From Flaccisagitta enflata (lineage: Eukaryota): DNA of 64,000 nt. Both the position numbers and the translations under genes were made by a program. The first letter of the stretch is position 1; every line of letters starts with the position of its first letter. Where the stretch lies: contig OZ231126.1 of assembly GCA_965153355.1 (NCBI GenBank), forward strand, positions 4,402,001-4,466,000, read 5' to 3'. The notes beneath the pieces were generated by a model. That model did not search any database and had not been told where the DNA came from. It saw only the letters and a list, made by a program, of their open reading frames with translations. Shown here piece after piece: positions 40,150 to 55,189 of this stretch.

Positions 40150-40525
40150 GATACGCCAAGGCGCACTAGCAAGGCACACTACCAGGATGCGCTACCAAAG
40201 CACACTAGAAAAGCACACTACCCAGACACACTGCCAAGGCACACTACTCATGCACGCTATCAAGGCGCACTACCCACGCACACAACAAAAGCGCAATACC
40301 ACAGCACACTCCCAAAGCACATTATCAAGGTACACTACCAAAGCGCACTACCATAGCTCACTTCCAAAGCACACAACCAAAGCACACTACCAAACCACAG
40401 CACTAAAGCACACCACCAAATCACACTACGGAACCACACTACAAAAGCACACTACCAAAGCACACCCTCAAAGCACGCTACATCAAAACACACTACTAAA
40501 GCACAACTCCAAAGCACACTACCAG
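40150..40525. repeat. Degenerate AAAGCACACTACC-type tandem repeat
   Basis: Recurrent motif, diverged copies. Confidence 0.8.
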
Positions 40526-40695
40526 AGCTTCTCAATTAGGTTTGAGTTGTTGGAAATGAGCGAAAGTTATCCAACATGATAATAGGATAAATAGAAATCC
40601 AACGCACTGTGCTTTTAAAAGAAATCTACTGAAAGCCAGGGAAAAAGTTGTCTAAAATGCACTCTTTTTTTCCTCTTTTCTAAATGGTTGTTCTT

Positions 40696-40738
<43 letters not shown>

Positions 40739-40782
40739 GAGGGGGGGGGAGAGATCTACAGCCTCCTCTCTCTCTCCCTCTC

Positions 40783-40854
<72 letters not shown>

Positions 40855-41117
40855 CATTGCTGCTGCTGCTTAAAAATTGCTGCTGCTCTGTCCCGGACTG
40901 CCAGAGATCCAGCCTGGATATAGCATTGGTCTTCTTCCTTCTCCCCTTCCCCCTCCTCCTCCCTTCTCCATCTCCTCCTCCTCCCTCCTCCATCTCCTCC
41001 TCCTCCCTCCTCCTATTCGCATTGGCGTTCTCCTCAAGTAAAACGATGGTTAGCTATTAAACTTAAAAATGTTACACTGGCTTAGTAATTTCTTTCTGTC
41101 TCTTTCTCTGTCTGACA

Positions 41118-41157
<40 letters not shown>

Positions 41158-41327
41158 TTTTTTTCTCTTTTTTTTCTTTCTCTCTCTCATTTTTTTGGCG
41201 TTGATTTTGATATTTCAGCCTATAAGCGGCTCTTTTAAAACGCTTGTTCTCTTATTCAATCAAACAATTCGGACTGCCTGTCTGTTTGTCCGTCTATACG
41301 TTCAAATTTGTCCACTTTCTATCTGTT

Positions 41328-41393
<66 letters not shown>

Positions 41394-41885
41394 ATTTTTT
41401 TGGCTGCTAATTTTGATATTTGTTTATGTTGTTTTAAAATCGCTTTGTTCTCTTTGTCTAATCAAATACCTGACTGCTTGTCTGTTTGTCCGTCTATATG
41501 TTCAAATTCTGTCCACTTTCTATCTGTCTGGCTCTCTCTCTCTATCTCGCTTCTTTAATATCTAAGTTCGTTTGTACATCTGATCAATTAATTCTACTTC
41601 TTTTTCTCTTTTTTTCTCTCCTTTCCTTTCCTTTCCTTTCCTTGTCTTTCTTTTACTGTCTTGCTTCCTCTTTTTAGGTGCGACAAAGCACCTCTATAAC
41701 TGGCTGTGTCCGTTGGTTGGTTGGTTGGTCTGTCTGTGGGGTAACGCATTCGTTCGACGATCCACACGTCGCACCTTATTGGCCTACTTGGCCTTGTTTT
41801 TCTCTCTCTCCCCTTTTCCCCTTTCCTCTCCTTTTCTCATCTCTATATAGGGTGTGTCCGTAGGTCTTGAAGATCTAAAGTTCTG

Positions 41886-42186
41886 CAGTCAGTGGACAAA
41901 ACACTATAGGTATATATATCATAGTGTTAGCTTTGATCCAACATATTGCTTATGAGTAAAATATTCCATGCAACAATCAGTTGCTCAAATTACAGCCGAC
42001 TGTAACAAACAGAATATTGTATGCAACAACTAGTTGTTAGAATTACAGCCGGCTGAAATTCTACAATTTTATAACATTATAGCCAGGTGTTATTTCAACC
42101 TCTAGTTGTTGCATACAATATTTTGTTTACTATCAGTATGTTGGACCAAAACCAACAGTATGATACATATTTTGTCCACTGGCTGT
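41886..42186. mobile_element. MITE with CAGTCAGTGGACAAAA TIR; related copy near 59765-60075
   Basis: CAGTCAGTGGACAAAA / TTTTGTCCACTGGCTG and shared internal palindromic motifs. Confidence 0.65.
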
Positions 42187-42625
42187 CTGTCCAAAGGTTT
42201 ATAGCGTTAAAATTTCTGAACATGATTTTTAAAGTCATAAAAAAACGCAAAAGTTTTTTTTTCTTGTTCCTTATTTGGCCCTGGCGCGGGCCCCCTCAAG
42301 GCCTGGGCACCCCCACCATCGTGGGAGGTGTTCCCCCTCTGCACGTCCCTGGCTGTATCATTTCCTTCCGATCTTACCTATTGTTCTAGAATCTGTTAAT
42401 CTTGACTGGCTTCATTTTCTCCTGTCTCTCTTTTTGTTTTCTTTGCTTCCTTCTGTACTTGTTCTTGTTCTTGTTTTCGTTTTGTTTCTCTTCTTGTACT
42501 AAAGCAATGCATTCATAGCGTTCGTATACTGAAAACCCGACGTTTGTCTTTTTGATATTATGAATGATACCCAACAGAACAGGATTATGTAAATTTGAAT
42601 TTCATCTAGAAAAGAAAAAAAAAAG

Positions 42626-42745
<120 letters not shown>

Positions 42746-45700
42746 ACAACATTTTTTTTCTCTGAATAAAGCGTGAAGTTCATTTTCCCTTTCGAATTCA
42801 GAAACTTTAACTTTCTTTTTTTTAAATTATAAGTTTTTTTTTAAAGTTTGAGATTCACTCAGAATGTGTGTAAATGAATGCTTTGGATCAAATCAAACAC
42901 AAACAAATAACCATTCTATATCATTTACATATTAATGCGGTCGTCATTGGACAAATACACATGGAAAGAAACAAGGTCATGAGACCAATGTCGTGTGCGT
43001 CGATATTTTCAGAAACAAGGCCAACACCTTACTGTCGCGTGCGGTTGTTAAGACCATACGACCATAAAACAAAAAGACTCAAAGACTCAAAAACTAAAAA
43101 ACCAAAAGACCGAAAGACCGAAAGACCGAAAGACCAAAAGACCAAAAGACTAAAAGTTAATTGACTTAAAATAACTTTTAATGACTTTAGATAGCTTTAA
43201 TATGAAAAACAAGGCCGGATACACAGCCACCAGTTGCGGACAGGTGGGCAGGGGCGGAAATGCGCGTTTTCACACTAACTTGATCATTACGTACCAACGG
43301 ACCAACGGACCAATGGACAGACAGACAGACAGACGGACAAAGCTTCTTATAGAGTTGCGTGTCCGCAACTAAAAATGCAATGAAAGCTGATGCAAATGGA
43401 TGGACGGACAGACGGACCCACCAACCAACAAACCAACATAGCGGATCATAAAGTCGCATAGGACATGACAAAAAAGAAACGGAAAGACAGACAGATGCAC
43501 AGAAAAACAAACAAAAATGTTTAAGATGACCTTAGAATTGTTGGAACGTAAAAAATGCCTTTTAAAACAACTTAGTGACTGACCGACCAACAGACCAAAA
43601 AGGGGCTCATAGAGTCGCAAAGTATGCAACTAAAAAAATGCCATTTTCTATTGAAACAAGTGTGCATGGGAAAAGATTTTTGAAATCAATTTCGATAATC
43701 ATATGAAAGATTACTATCCAGTTCTTGAATTATATATAAATGAAACGGAGATTGACTTTATAGACTATATCACTTTTTATCAGTTTATTTGGCCAATCAT
43801 ATGAAGACATTTGGTTAAGCCAAAATAAGTGTATTTGAAGATTGAAGAATCCCAAATATTGAATTTCAAGTTCAGAATAAATGTGTCATAAAAGAGGTTT
43901 GGCTACATTTTTTTGAGCCGCACAATGGGTATATTTCAGAGATATATATGTTTCGGTTGTTCAAATTGCCATTGTAAGAAATTGACTGACAATTACTATC
44001 GAGTGCACTAGTATAGACACAAGCATTTACTGCAATAACTCCGCTTAAAAATCAGTGAATTCCTAATTTTTTTTCGCATTTGTCTAATTCAAGCTGTTTA
44101 GAAATGTCAAGCAATTAGTACCCCATTTGAATAATAGCAAAAATATTGCAGTTAGATTTTTGCTAACTATTAACCAGAAAGATTGAAAGTTTTGTCATCT
44201 AATTTTTGGTCCCTTCATTATTTTTTCTTGGCTGAGTGTGACAGACGAACCGACGGACCAACAGACGTATTGGGTTATTAAGTCGCGTGCTCGCGACTAA
44301 AAAAGGAAAGAAATACAAGATCTGATTCGGGCGATTAAGATTAAATGGATATGTACATAAAGAATGATTTTTTCTTAGATTTTTATCGCTTAATAAACGG
44401 TTGATGTTATTATGTGCTGTACGCGTCTCGATAAACGTACGAAGGTCATCCACCTTTTCTGTCAGCCACATTGTTTGTAAATGAATTGTTGAGTACCACT
44501 TGGATTTAAAAAAAAAAGACCCTTTTCCCAATATATTAGCAAAGCAGATACAAAAACAATTTTAAAAACTTTCAACTACAACATTTTTAGAGATTTTTAA
44601 AGTATCTTTCAATCTGGACCCATTCCAGTTCTGTATCTCAAACGGTTTTAAGTCGCGTGCTAGGCAACTCTACATCCTGCTTTGTCGGACCGTCGGTGCG
44701 TTGGTCCGTCGGTCTGTCAGTCCGTCCATCACACTTTACTTTTTTCAGGTTTTTGTGGTCGTTAGCCTGCCTGCCTGCCAAATATGGCCCCTGCCCACTT
44801 GCACGCGACTGGGGTAGCCGTGTTTCCGGCCTTTTAAGCCAGAACCCTGCAAAGAGAAGCACTAGCTGAAATGCACTTTTTAGTCGCATGCTAAGCGACT
44901 CTACACCCCGCTATGTCGGTCGGTCGGTCGGTCGGTCGGTTGGTCTATCGGTCGGTCGGTCGTTTGGTCGGTTGGTTGGTCGGTTGGTCGGTTGGTCGGT
45001 TGGTCGGTCCCCTTTTGGGCAGCGGCCCCGAAGGGGCCGATGACCTATGCTTTTACACATAGGGGAAATTTCTCCTTCTTCTTCTTCTCCTTTCTCCTTC
45101 GCCGTCCCCCCCCCTCAAGACCCAAATCCTAGTCTCGAGACCCAAATCATATCTTCAAGGCTCAAATCCCCGCTTTGAAGCTCAAATCCCAGCCTTGAGG
45201 CCCGAATCTCAGTCTCCAGGCTAAAATCCCAGCCTCGAGGCTCAAATCCCAGCCCTTATACTCAAGGCACAAATCCCAGCCTTGAAGCTCAAATCCTAGC
45301 CTCGAAGCTCAAATACCAGCTTCCAAGCTCAAATCCCTGCCCCAAAGCTCAAATCCCAACCTCAAAGCTCAAATCCCAGCCTTGAAGCTCAAATCTTAGC
45401 CTTGAAGCTGAAATCCCTGCCTCGAAGCTCAAATCCCAGCCTCAAGGCCCTAATCCAAGCCTCAAGGCCCCTATTCCAGCCTCCATGCCCCAATTCCATC
45501 CTTGAGGCCCAAATAAAAACAGCATAGGTCATCGGCTCCTTCGGGGCCGCTGCCCCTCTAACCACCTCACACCAACATACACTCACATAGGGGCAACGGG
45601 TACCGCTGACCATCTAACGCTTCTGCGAATATTTACTTTTTTGGCGTTTTTGAGCTTTTTGAGCATACGGCTCCTGCCCAGATGCCCTAGTGACCTTCTC

Positions 45701-47671
45701 CAGCACTGCTCCTGCCCACCCGCACGCGACTAGGGTAGCCGTGTATCCGGCCTTGTTACACATAAATTGCGACTCTAATAGGGGCTATTTTTTCACACAA
45801 ATTAATCCCATATGCAAACAAAAAACGATAGCAATACAAGGTGGACGCTGAATGAAAGAACTTATTATTTCAAGATCAAGTGGTTTAAGATTTTAATTAC
45901 TTGATCATAGATCTATTGGCAAAATTAGCCATTTCAAAGAGTATTTTTTTTCATCCTGGTGGCACATGCAACTCTTTTCCAAATTGTCATTTCAGTTGGT
46001 TGATCAGTCAATCGGATCCGGGCGTGGTTATCGTTTATGCACTGTCTGGTATTATATTCAAATCCTTGATTTTTTTCATTGAAAAAATTTTCGACTTGTG
46101 ATCTTAAAAGTGTTACATCAGTTCAGTCAAAAAGATTTAAAGTGATAAAAAGTGATAATTTCCTTGAAGGCTGCTTCCTTAAATTGCTATATATATCCCG
46201 GACATGACACAGAAAATATATATTTCTTCCCCCTTTTCATTTCATTTCTTCTTGGGAAAGTCATTTTTTACGATGGGAATGAGAAGATATTTGTTGAAAG
46301 AAAGGGACAATGAATATAAATATACATCAATTGAAATCTTTTTATGATATACAGTTGAACTTTGCAACAATGCACTGTGGGCTGAATTGTGCGCTAGGTG
46401 GCTCATTGGGGATTGACATTGCATCTTTTCCATTACATTGTTCCTTATGAAACATACAGAGTGAAAAACATTTTTCTGCACATTTTCAGATGTTATGAAA
46501 CTATTTATACCCAATATTGACTCATTTCTATTGGATTAAAAGCTTTATGACCTTAGAGTGCAAAAGAAGAAAAATTTGAGAAAATCAAGTGAAAAATACT
46601 GCTAAACTCTCTTACATTTAGTATTTAAGTTGTCTAATAATTTGACCAAATCAATCAAATTATTGTCTTTGTTCTATAAAATTTCTTTATAAGGTACTAA
46701 AAAAAAAATCATTTTTTTGCTCATTTAGCTCATTTTGCTCATTTTTCTTCCAATCAAATATAGATTTTTATTTTTATCCACATTATTACTTGTCCATTTT
46801 AGGCCAAAAAATCGCAAGTTGCACGGCGAAGCATGGCTTGAGCCATAGCATTCTGGATTCAGGACCCCTTGAACTACATTTTGGCATAGGTCGCTCATTG
46901 TGCGTCCTTGTGCGATTTTTTATATTCAAAGGGTAATAAAAGCATGCAAATTAGGTCAAATATGTAGTAATAGTAGGCTAATTCATTAGCGCTAAAGATG
47001 TAAAAAATATTGATTTTTAAAATTTTTCCAGACATGTAAACATTAATGAAGGAATCCAAAATGATATTGAAGACATCATGAGCTTTTTGTAATCTTAACA
47101 GATAATCCAAAAAAATTATTGATTTTTCTTGAAATTCAGCATTCTTTGTAGTTTTGTCCATTCAGGTCGCCTTTTCTCACTCTAAATCGCCATAAGCCTG
47201 TCATATGGACCGGTAATATATGAACAAATGCTACCATGACCAGTTTACTTAGTTTGAGCCCTATAGCAGAGATGAAAATTTTCATCCAAATACCCAAGGA
47301 GCCATCTAGCGCAATCCGTGGCCCTTAGTGCAATGGATGTCAAAAGACCAAAAAATTGTATTGTTATGGGTGGATCACTATTTTTGTCAATATAACAAAT
47401 TAAAACAAATGATTTAAATAGATTAAGATTTTGTGTTTGCCATAAGCGGATTTCCGTTACTGCGGGATTTACGTTACGGCGGGATGTCATTGTATCTGGT
47501 AATTAGCCTTTAGGGTGACACTCAATTGGAACCATCATCATCGTCATCATATTGCAAATTTGCAAATGCCTTGACTTACAGTGGTTTATAGCGCTGAATT
47601 ATACCTCAATACACTTATATGTGTAAAGACGCATCATACATTATTGTCATCATCATTGCCATTGTCATTGC

Positions 47672-47723
<52 letters not shown>

Positions 47724-47724
47724 G

Positions 47725-47827
<103 letters not shown>

Positions 47828-47837
47828 AATCATCACT

Positions 47838-47917
<80 letters not shown>

Positions 47918-48232
47918 CATCATCGTCATCATCATCATCATCATCATCATCATAATCATCACTATCATCATCATCTCATCTCATGATCTCCGTCATCCAT
48001 ATCATCACTATCATCATCATCATCGTCATCATCAATCATCATTTTCATAATGATAGTAATGATTTATTATTATCTTCATCACCATCATCATCGTCATCGC
48101 TTTCATCATTGTCATGACCATCATGATAAGTTGAACAGTGATCCTCTGATGTTCTATAAATTCCATTGATAGCGATGATGCTATTTCCAGCACAAAAATG
48201 TACCTTGATACGCTCTCTCTCTCTCTTTCTCG

Positions 48233-48307
<75 letters not shown>

Positions 48308-48316
48308 TTCTCTTCT

Positions 48317-48458
<142 letters not shown>

Positions 48459-49478
48459 CTATAACGTTTCAAGAGGCAGCGTCGTTGTCGTTTGTAAAGC
48501 CGCGCTAGAATCATCATCATCATCGCCAATATCATCGTCATGGTCATTGTCATCGCTATCATCATCGGCATCATCGTCATAGGAAATGCCATCCAAGATG
48601 TCATCATTGTCATTGTATAAACACCATCAATCACCGTAAATCACCGTCAATTGCCATCAATTACTATCAATCATCATTGATCACCATTATTCACCATCAA
48701 TCAGCGTCAATCACTGACAATCACCGACAATCACCATCAATCACCATCAATCAACATCAGTAACCCTGAATCAGTATCAGTCACCATAAATCACCATAAA
48801 TCACCATGAATCACCATCAATAACCATAAATCACCATTAGTTGCAGTCCCTCTCGTTTGCTTTTATGGCATCTTTGTCATTCTCATCAATGTCATCATTA
48901 CTGTTAGTGGCATCCATGTCATCAGAGCTCATGTGTTCATTGTCATTCTCATTAATGTCATCATTACTGTTAGTGGCATCAATGTCAAAAAAGCTCCTGT
49001 TCTCATTGTCATTCTCATTAATGTCATTGTTACTGTTAGTGGCATCAATGTCAAAAAAGCTCCTGTTTTCATCGTCATTCTTTTTAATGTCGATATTACT
49101 AATAGTGGCATTTTTGTCATCAACGCTCCCATCTTCATCCTATCATCATTGTCATCTGTTTTTTTTTTCATCAATGGCGTCATTGTTATTAAGTGCTCGA
49201 GGTTTTACTGTCATGGTTATCGGCGGCATCATTACTGTTAGTCACATTATTGTTATCAAACCTCCTGTTTTCATGGTCATTGGTTTTGTTGTTTTTTTTT
49301 TCATATCACCATGGTTATCGATGTCCTTTTCATCAATGGCGTCATTGTCATCAATCCTCGTGGTTTCATTGTCATTGATGTCATTATTGCGGTTGGTTGC
49401 ACCTATGTGCATTGTTATCAATGTGCATGGTTTCATAGATGGGATTGATACTGTTGATGGCGTCATTGTCAATTCTTG

Positions 49479-50300
49479 TGGTTCCATGGTTTTATGGTTT
49501 CATAGATGTCATTGATGCTTTTGGTGGCATCCTTGTCATCAGTGTTTGTGGTTCCATGTTTTTATGGTTTCATAGATGTCATTAATGCTTTTGGTGGCAT
49601 CATTGTCATCAGTGTCTGTGGTTCCATGGTTTTATGGTTTCATAGATGTCATTGATGCTTTTGGTGGCATCATTGTCATCAGTGTTTGTGGTTCCATGGT
49701 TTTATGGTTTCATAGATGTCATTGATCCTTTGGTGGCATCCTTGTCATCAGTGTTTGTGGTTCCATGGTTTTATGGTTTCATAGATGTCATTGATGCTTT
49801 TGGTGGCATCCTTGTCATCAGAGTTTGTGGTTCCATGATTTTATGGTTTCATAGATGTCATTGATGCTTTTGGTGGCAACCTTGTCATCAGTGTTTGTGG
49901 TTCCATGGTTTTATGGTTTCATAGATGTCATTGATGCTTTTGGTGGCATCTTTGTCATCAGTGTTTGTGGTTCCATGGTTTTATGGTTTCATAGATGTCA
50001 TTGATGCTTTTGGTGGCATCTTTGTCATCAGTGTTTGTGGTTCCATGGTTTTATGGTTTCATAGATGTCATCGATGCTTTTGGTGGCATCATTGTCATCA
50101 GTGTTTGTGGTTCCATGGTTTTATGGTTTCATAGATGTCATTGATGTTTTTGGTGGCATCATTGTCATCAGTGTTTGTGGTTCCATGGTTTTATGGTTTC
50201 ATAGATGTCATTGATACTGTTTTTGGCATCTTTGTCATCATTGATCATTGTTCGTGGTTCCCTGGTTAAATGATTCCATAGATGTCATTGATACTGTCTT
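49479..50300. repeat. 70-bp minisatellite, about 11-12 copies
   Basis: Unit GTGGTTCCATGGTTTTATGGTTTCATAGATGTCATTGATGCTTTTGGTGGCATCCTTGTCATCAGTGTTT. Confidence 0.95.
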
Positions 50301-50544
50301 TGGCATCATTATCATCCATGCTCGTGACCGAGAATTGTCAACATCATCTTTCGCGGCGTCGCCGTCGTCGGCGCCATCTTTGTTTGCATCGTCATCGTCA
50401 CCGTCGTCATCATCGTTCTCATCATCATCGTCGTCGTCACCGACGTCATCGTCGTCATCGTCGTCATCGTTGTCACCATGGATCTGTTTTCAGAGACGAA
50501 TATCGACTCGTGTTGCGTCTCGCCATCACAAAATGGAAGGGAGA

Positions 50545-50619
<75 letters not shown>

Positions 50620-51810
50620 ACCTGAAATTGAACCGGAAATGCTTTGAGATAGAGAGAGAGAGAGAGAGAGAAAGAAAGGAAAAGAACGCCAACTTTGAAA
50701 TTGCTTTCAACTCATTTGCATCTTCTCTGTTTTGCCTTTGTCTTAAATATCGTCTCTCTCCTTCTTATGTCCCTGTCTGTCTGTCTGTCTGTCTATCTGT
50801 CTGTCTGTCTGCCTCTCTGTCTGTCTCTGTGTTTTCCATTCTCATCTAAATCACTGACTGTAGGTCTTTGAGTTGTGGTCCGTCCGTTTTATCTTGTTTT
50901 TGATTTGCTTTGGTTTTTTTTTTGTTTCTTTTTGCTGATGAACCAGGTTATTCAAAGCTCCTTCTTTCCTTCATTTCGAATGTTGGATCATTCACAGTTT
51001 ACTTGAAATCATGATAAAAAAAAAAAATTCTTTTGGCCTTCATGTCCTACACAGGATGGATTGAAAGCATTCGTAAATTGTAATGAATGTGAATGATAAA
51101 GTCTGAAAAGCCAACATGAAAAAAGAACCCTAACAAGTTCAACCTAACAAATCCTAGACAACAACATACTGAATGGTCAACTCCATTTCAGTTATGGATT
51201 GAAAATGGTAGGAAAAATTGACTGCGGAAGGATGTAAAAACATTAAAAAAAATCATCAAAAATAAAAAGATTAACGTTTGTTATTTTTTTCACACTTCGC
51301 CTTTGAAAGGTAAAAAAACTGTGCTGGGAAGGCATGCAAATGAGTACAAACAAAAACGAGGAAAAAAACCATCAACAGCAAATAACAGCAACAACAACAA
51401 CACCAACAAAAACAACACCAACAACATCAACACACCCGTATAACAAAGATGATATAAAACTCTAATGATATATATAACAAAATCTACTGCCATTCAACAC
51501 CAACACCAACGCCTACCAACAACATCAACACAAACGCCTACCAACAACATCAACCTCATCTACATCATTTCAACATTGTCATCTTCATCAATACAACAGC
51601 ATCATTGTTGAGCATCATTTATGGAAGTGACACAACTTTGTCTCATTGTGTAAATGAAACATCTAATTGAGTGGAAAATGTTCAGAAAATTATTATTTTT
51701 TCTGTGATTATCCCTCAAAAACTCTACTCATGTGCCACCGTAAAGAATAAAGTCACAGAACAACTTATTCAAAATCAGACTCGCAAATGAGAATCAACAC
51801 AACAAAAACC

Positions 51811-51923
<113 letters not shown>

Positions 51924-52130
51924 ACAACAACTCTCTAATCCTTTATTTGAAAACAAGGATTACTGGAAGGCCTCACGACAAAAAAAAAAAAAAAGAAGAT
52001 AAAGATGAAACAAATGGATACAAATCCTTCATCGCTCTAAAACTGTCCCCGACCTTCTAACGCCTCCTTCTCCTCTTCCTCCCCCTCCTCCTCTTCCTCC
52101 TCTTCCTCCTCCTCCTCCTCCCTTCCATAT

Positions 52131-53836
52131 TAGGACAGGGGTTCTGACACAAATTTTGGCAGATCCTTCTTGTTAATGGCACTTTGGCTCAAAATCAATG
52201 TAGTATTAATGTTCTGCCTTCAAAAGTCGCATTGGGTATCAGGAAATTGTGACCGCCACCCCCCCACCCCCCCTCAGAAGGTGGTGACCTCTAAAGATTA
52301 AACAATTTGCCTTCTTTTGTTAATAAATAAATGGATCATTCAAGCCTGGTGATCGTCTCATTTGAAAGGTATTATCGTGGAGAACATGAAAGATTACTGA
52401 TATGGAAGAGGGGTCCCAAGGGGACCCTTAAGGGGCCCCTAAAGTGATTGAAAGGGCCCCCAAAGCATCCAATACATGAAAATGTTTCCAATGATTTAGT
52501 TAAAAAAACTTGAGTAATAATTGTCATTTAAAATGTCTTTTACCATAGAATATGAAAAATTACTGATATGGAAGAGGGGGCTCCAAAGGGGCCCCTAAAG
52601 AACCCCAAAGAGGTTAAAGGGGCCCTTGAAGGATCTATAACCATTAAAATGTAGATTGGACTCTTTGATAAATCTGATTGTGGTGTTTTTGGAAGGTATC
52701 TTTGTGGAGAACATGAAATTTTATTGACATGGATGATGGGGTCCTTAGGTGGCTGCTTAGGGCCCCCAAAGGGATTGAAGAGGACCCCAAAGGATCTAAA
52801 AGTCTTGAAAATTTAAAATGAATTGTTCAAAAAATCTGGTAGTGGTCTCATTTGGAAGGTATTTACATAAAAACATAAAACGTTACTGATATGTAAAATT
52901 TGGTTTCCAGGGGACCCCTAAGGAGCCGCTAAGGAGTAAAAGAGGGCCCCGATGAATCCAAAATCATGAAAATCTAGAATTGTGATAGTTTTCTCTAAAA
53001 GACAGACCGAAAAACACAAACAGACAGGTATAGGTTTGTTTATTTCGGTCTGCCTTTTAGAGAAAACTAAGACAATTCAAGGTTTTCATGATTTTGGATT
53101 CATTGGGGCCCCTTTCCTCCTTAGCGACTTTCATCCCCAAACCAGGCCTCCATATCAGTATTATGTTTTTATGTAAATACACTAAACAGACATCATTTTG
53201 AACAATTCATTTTAAAGACTCAGATCAGGGTCCTCTTCAATCGAGAGAAGCTAAGCACCTAGTGACATCATCCATGTCAAAAACATTTCATGTTATCCAA
53301 AGATACCTTCCAAAACACCACAATCAGATTATCAATTTTCATAGTTATAGATCCTTCAAGGGCCCAACCCCTTTCAGGGAGATCTGGTACTAATTTTCTT
53401 CCATATCAGTAATTTCGGAATTCTATAGGTAGCGTTTAAATGACACGATACACCTAGTTTTTTGGCAAATCATTGCATTTTCATGTATTGAATGCTTTGG
53501 GGGCTCCTTCAATCACTTTAGGGGCCCCTTAAGGGCCCCCTTGGAACCCCTCTTTCATATCAGTAATCTTTCATGTTCTCCACGTAAATACCTTTCAAAT
53601 GAGACCATCACCAGGCTTTTTGAATGATCCATCTAGAATTTATTAGCAAAAGAAGGCAAATTGCTTAATCTTTAGAGGTCACCACCTTCTGAGGGGGGGT
53701 TGGGGGGGTGGCGGTCACAATTTCCTGATACCCAATGCGACTTTTGAAGGCAGAACATTAATACTACATTGATTTTGAGCCAAAGTGCCGTTAACACGAA
53801 GGATCTGCCAAAATCTGTGTCAGAACCCCTGTCCTA
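52131..53836. mobile_element. 1.7-kb full foldback element with 8-bp TSD (hAT-like ends)
   Basis: TAGGACAGGGGTTCTGACACA / TGTGTCAGAACCCCTGTCCTA; TTCCATAT at 52123-52130 and 53837-53844; arms pair up to a centre near 53030; internal tandem subrepeats of about 170 bp. Confidence 0.9.
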
Positions 53837-54048
53837 TTCCATATTTGGCCGCTGGTATCTCAAATGCACAAAGGAGTCAAGTCAACTCAGTTTGCGCATT
53901 TGTTGTGTTCAAGCGCAATCTCGTGTTCTTGTTCATGTTCTAGTTCATGTTCTAGTTCATGTTCTTGTTTCAAATTCAAGTTTGTGTTCAGAATCAAGTT
54001 CAAGCTGAGAACGAAGCTCAAGTGTTGGTCACGGTCACAACAGCAACT

Positions 54049-54123
<75 letters not shown>

Positions 54124-54130
54124 GCAACAA

Positions 54131-54190
<60 letters not shown>

Positions 54191-54547
54191 CGTAAAAAAA
54201 AACAAACATGAAATCGTCAACATCACCGAGAAAATCGACAAAAAAAGCAACAGAAACAACAAAAGCCTTTTTTTCATCGATTTTGCCATTTATAGCATCC
54301 AAATCGGGAATAAAATCATTTCCATCGGTATCACCATAAAGACGATGATGTTGAAGGCGACGTCGATGAAAATGATGATGATGATTATGATGATGACGCA
54401 AATAATGACATCATCAGCGAAGCTATTATTATCACGCCTTGACATGATGATACGACATTGAGGATGATGATGACTACAACGACTACAACGACGACAACGA
54501 CGACGACGACGATGTTGATCAAGTTGATCCCAACAACAACGACGATA

Positions 54548-54764
54548 ATGCATCATATGAGCCAAAGGGCATTTTTTTATTCTTCTTCTTCTTCTTCCTC
54601 CCGTGTAAGCATTTTTTTCATGTTCCTCGCGACATTTTTGTTTGTAATGACCTCATCTTCTTCTGATGCGCATAGCACAAATAATAACAACAACGGTTCT
54701 GGGCAAGATTCTTCCTCGTCGGCGATGAGCCTCTCCTCAAACACTCATCAGGGCTTACAAAAAG
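54548..54764 (+). CDS. Candidate first coding exon with signal peptide
   Basis: MHHMSQRAFFYSSSSSSSRVSIFFMFLATFLFVMTSSSSDA-HSTNNNNNGSGQDSSSSAMSLSSNTHQGLQK; hydrophobic core then S-D-A; phase-1 donor AAG|GTTCGA is weak; start codon uncertain. Confidence 0.5.
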
Positions 54765-55189
54765 GTTCGAGAGAGCTTTTATAAATCGGTCCCGGGAATT
54801 GGTTTTCATTAGTTGTGGCCTTGATTGAAGACTGAATTGATTGGTTGACTTTGTTGACATGGTTGACTTGGTTGACTTGGTTGACTTCTTCGCCTTGGAT
54901 GGTTGGTGAAATTGGGTTTACCAGAAAGAGTTGTCCTGACTGATTGGATAGTGGTTTTTTTTTATGGGTTGGTGGAGAAGGTTGACAGTGATTGGTTTGA
55001 TTGACTGGCTTTATTGGTTGATTGGTTGAAGAGATTGCCTTAGGGGAAAATGATTGGCCCAATTGGTTGGTAGAAGATGTTACCATTGTTGAAAATGGTT
55101 AGCTTGATTGACTGACTTGATTGATTGGTTGATTGGTTGAAAAGGTTGCTTTTGTTGATATTGGTTGATTTGATTGACATACTGTTGAA

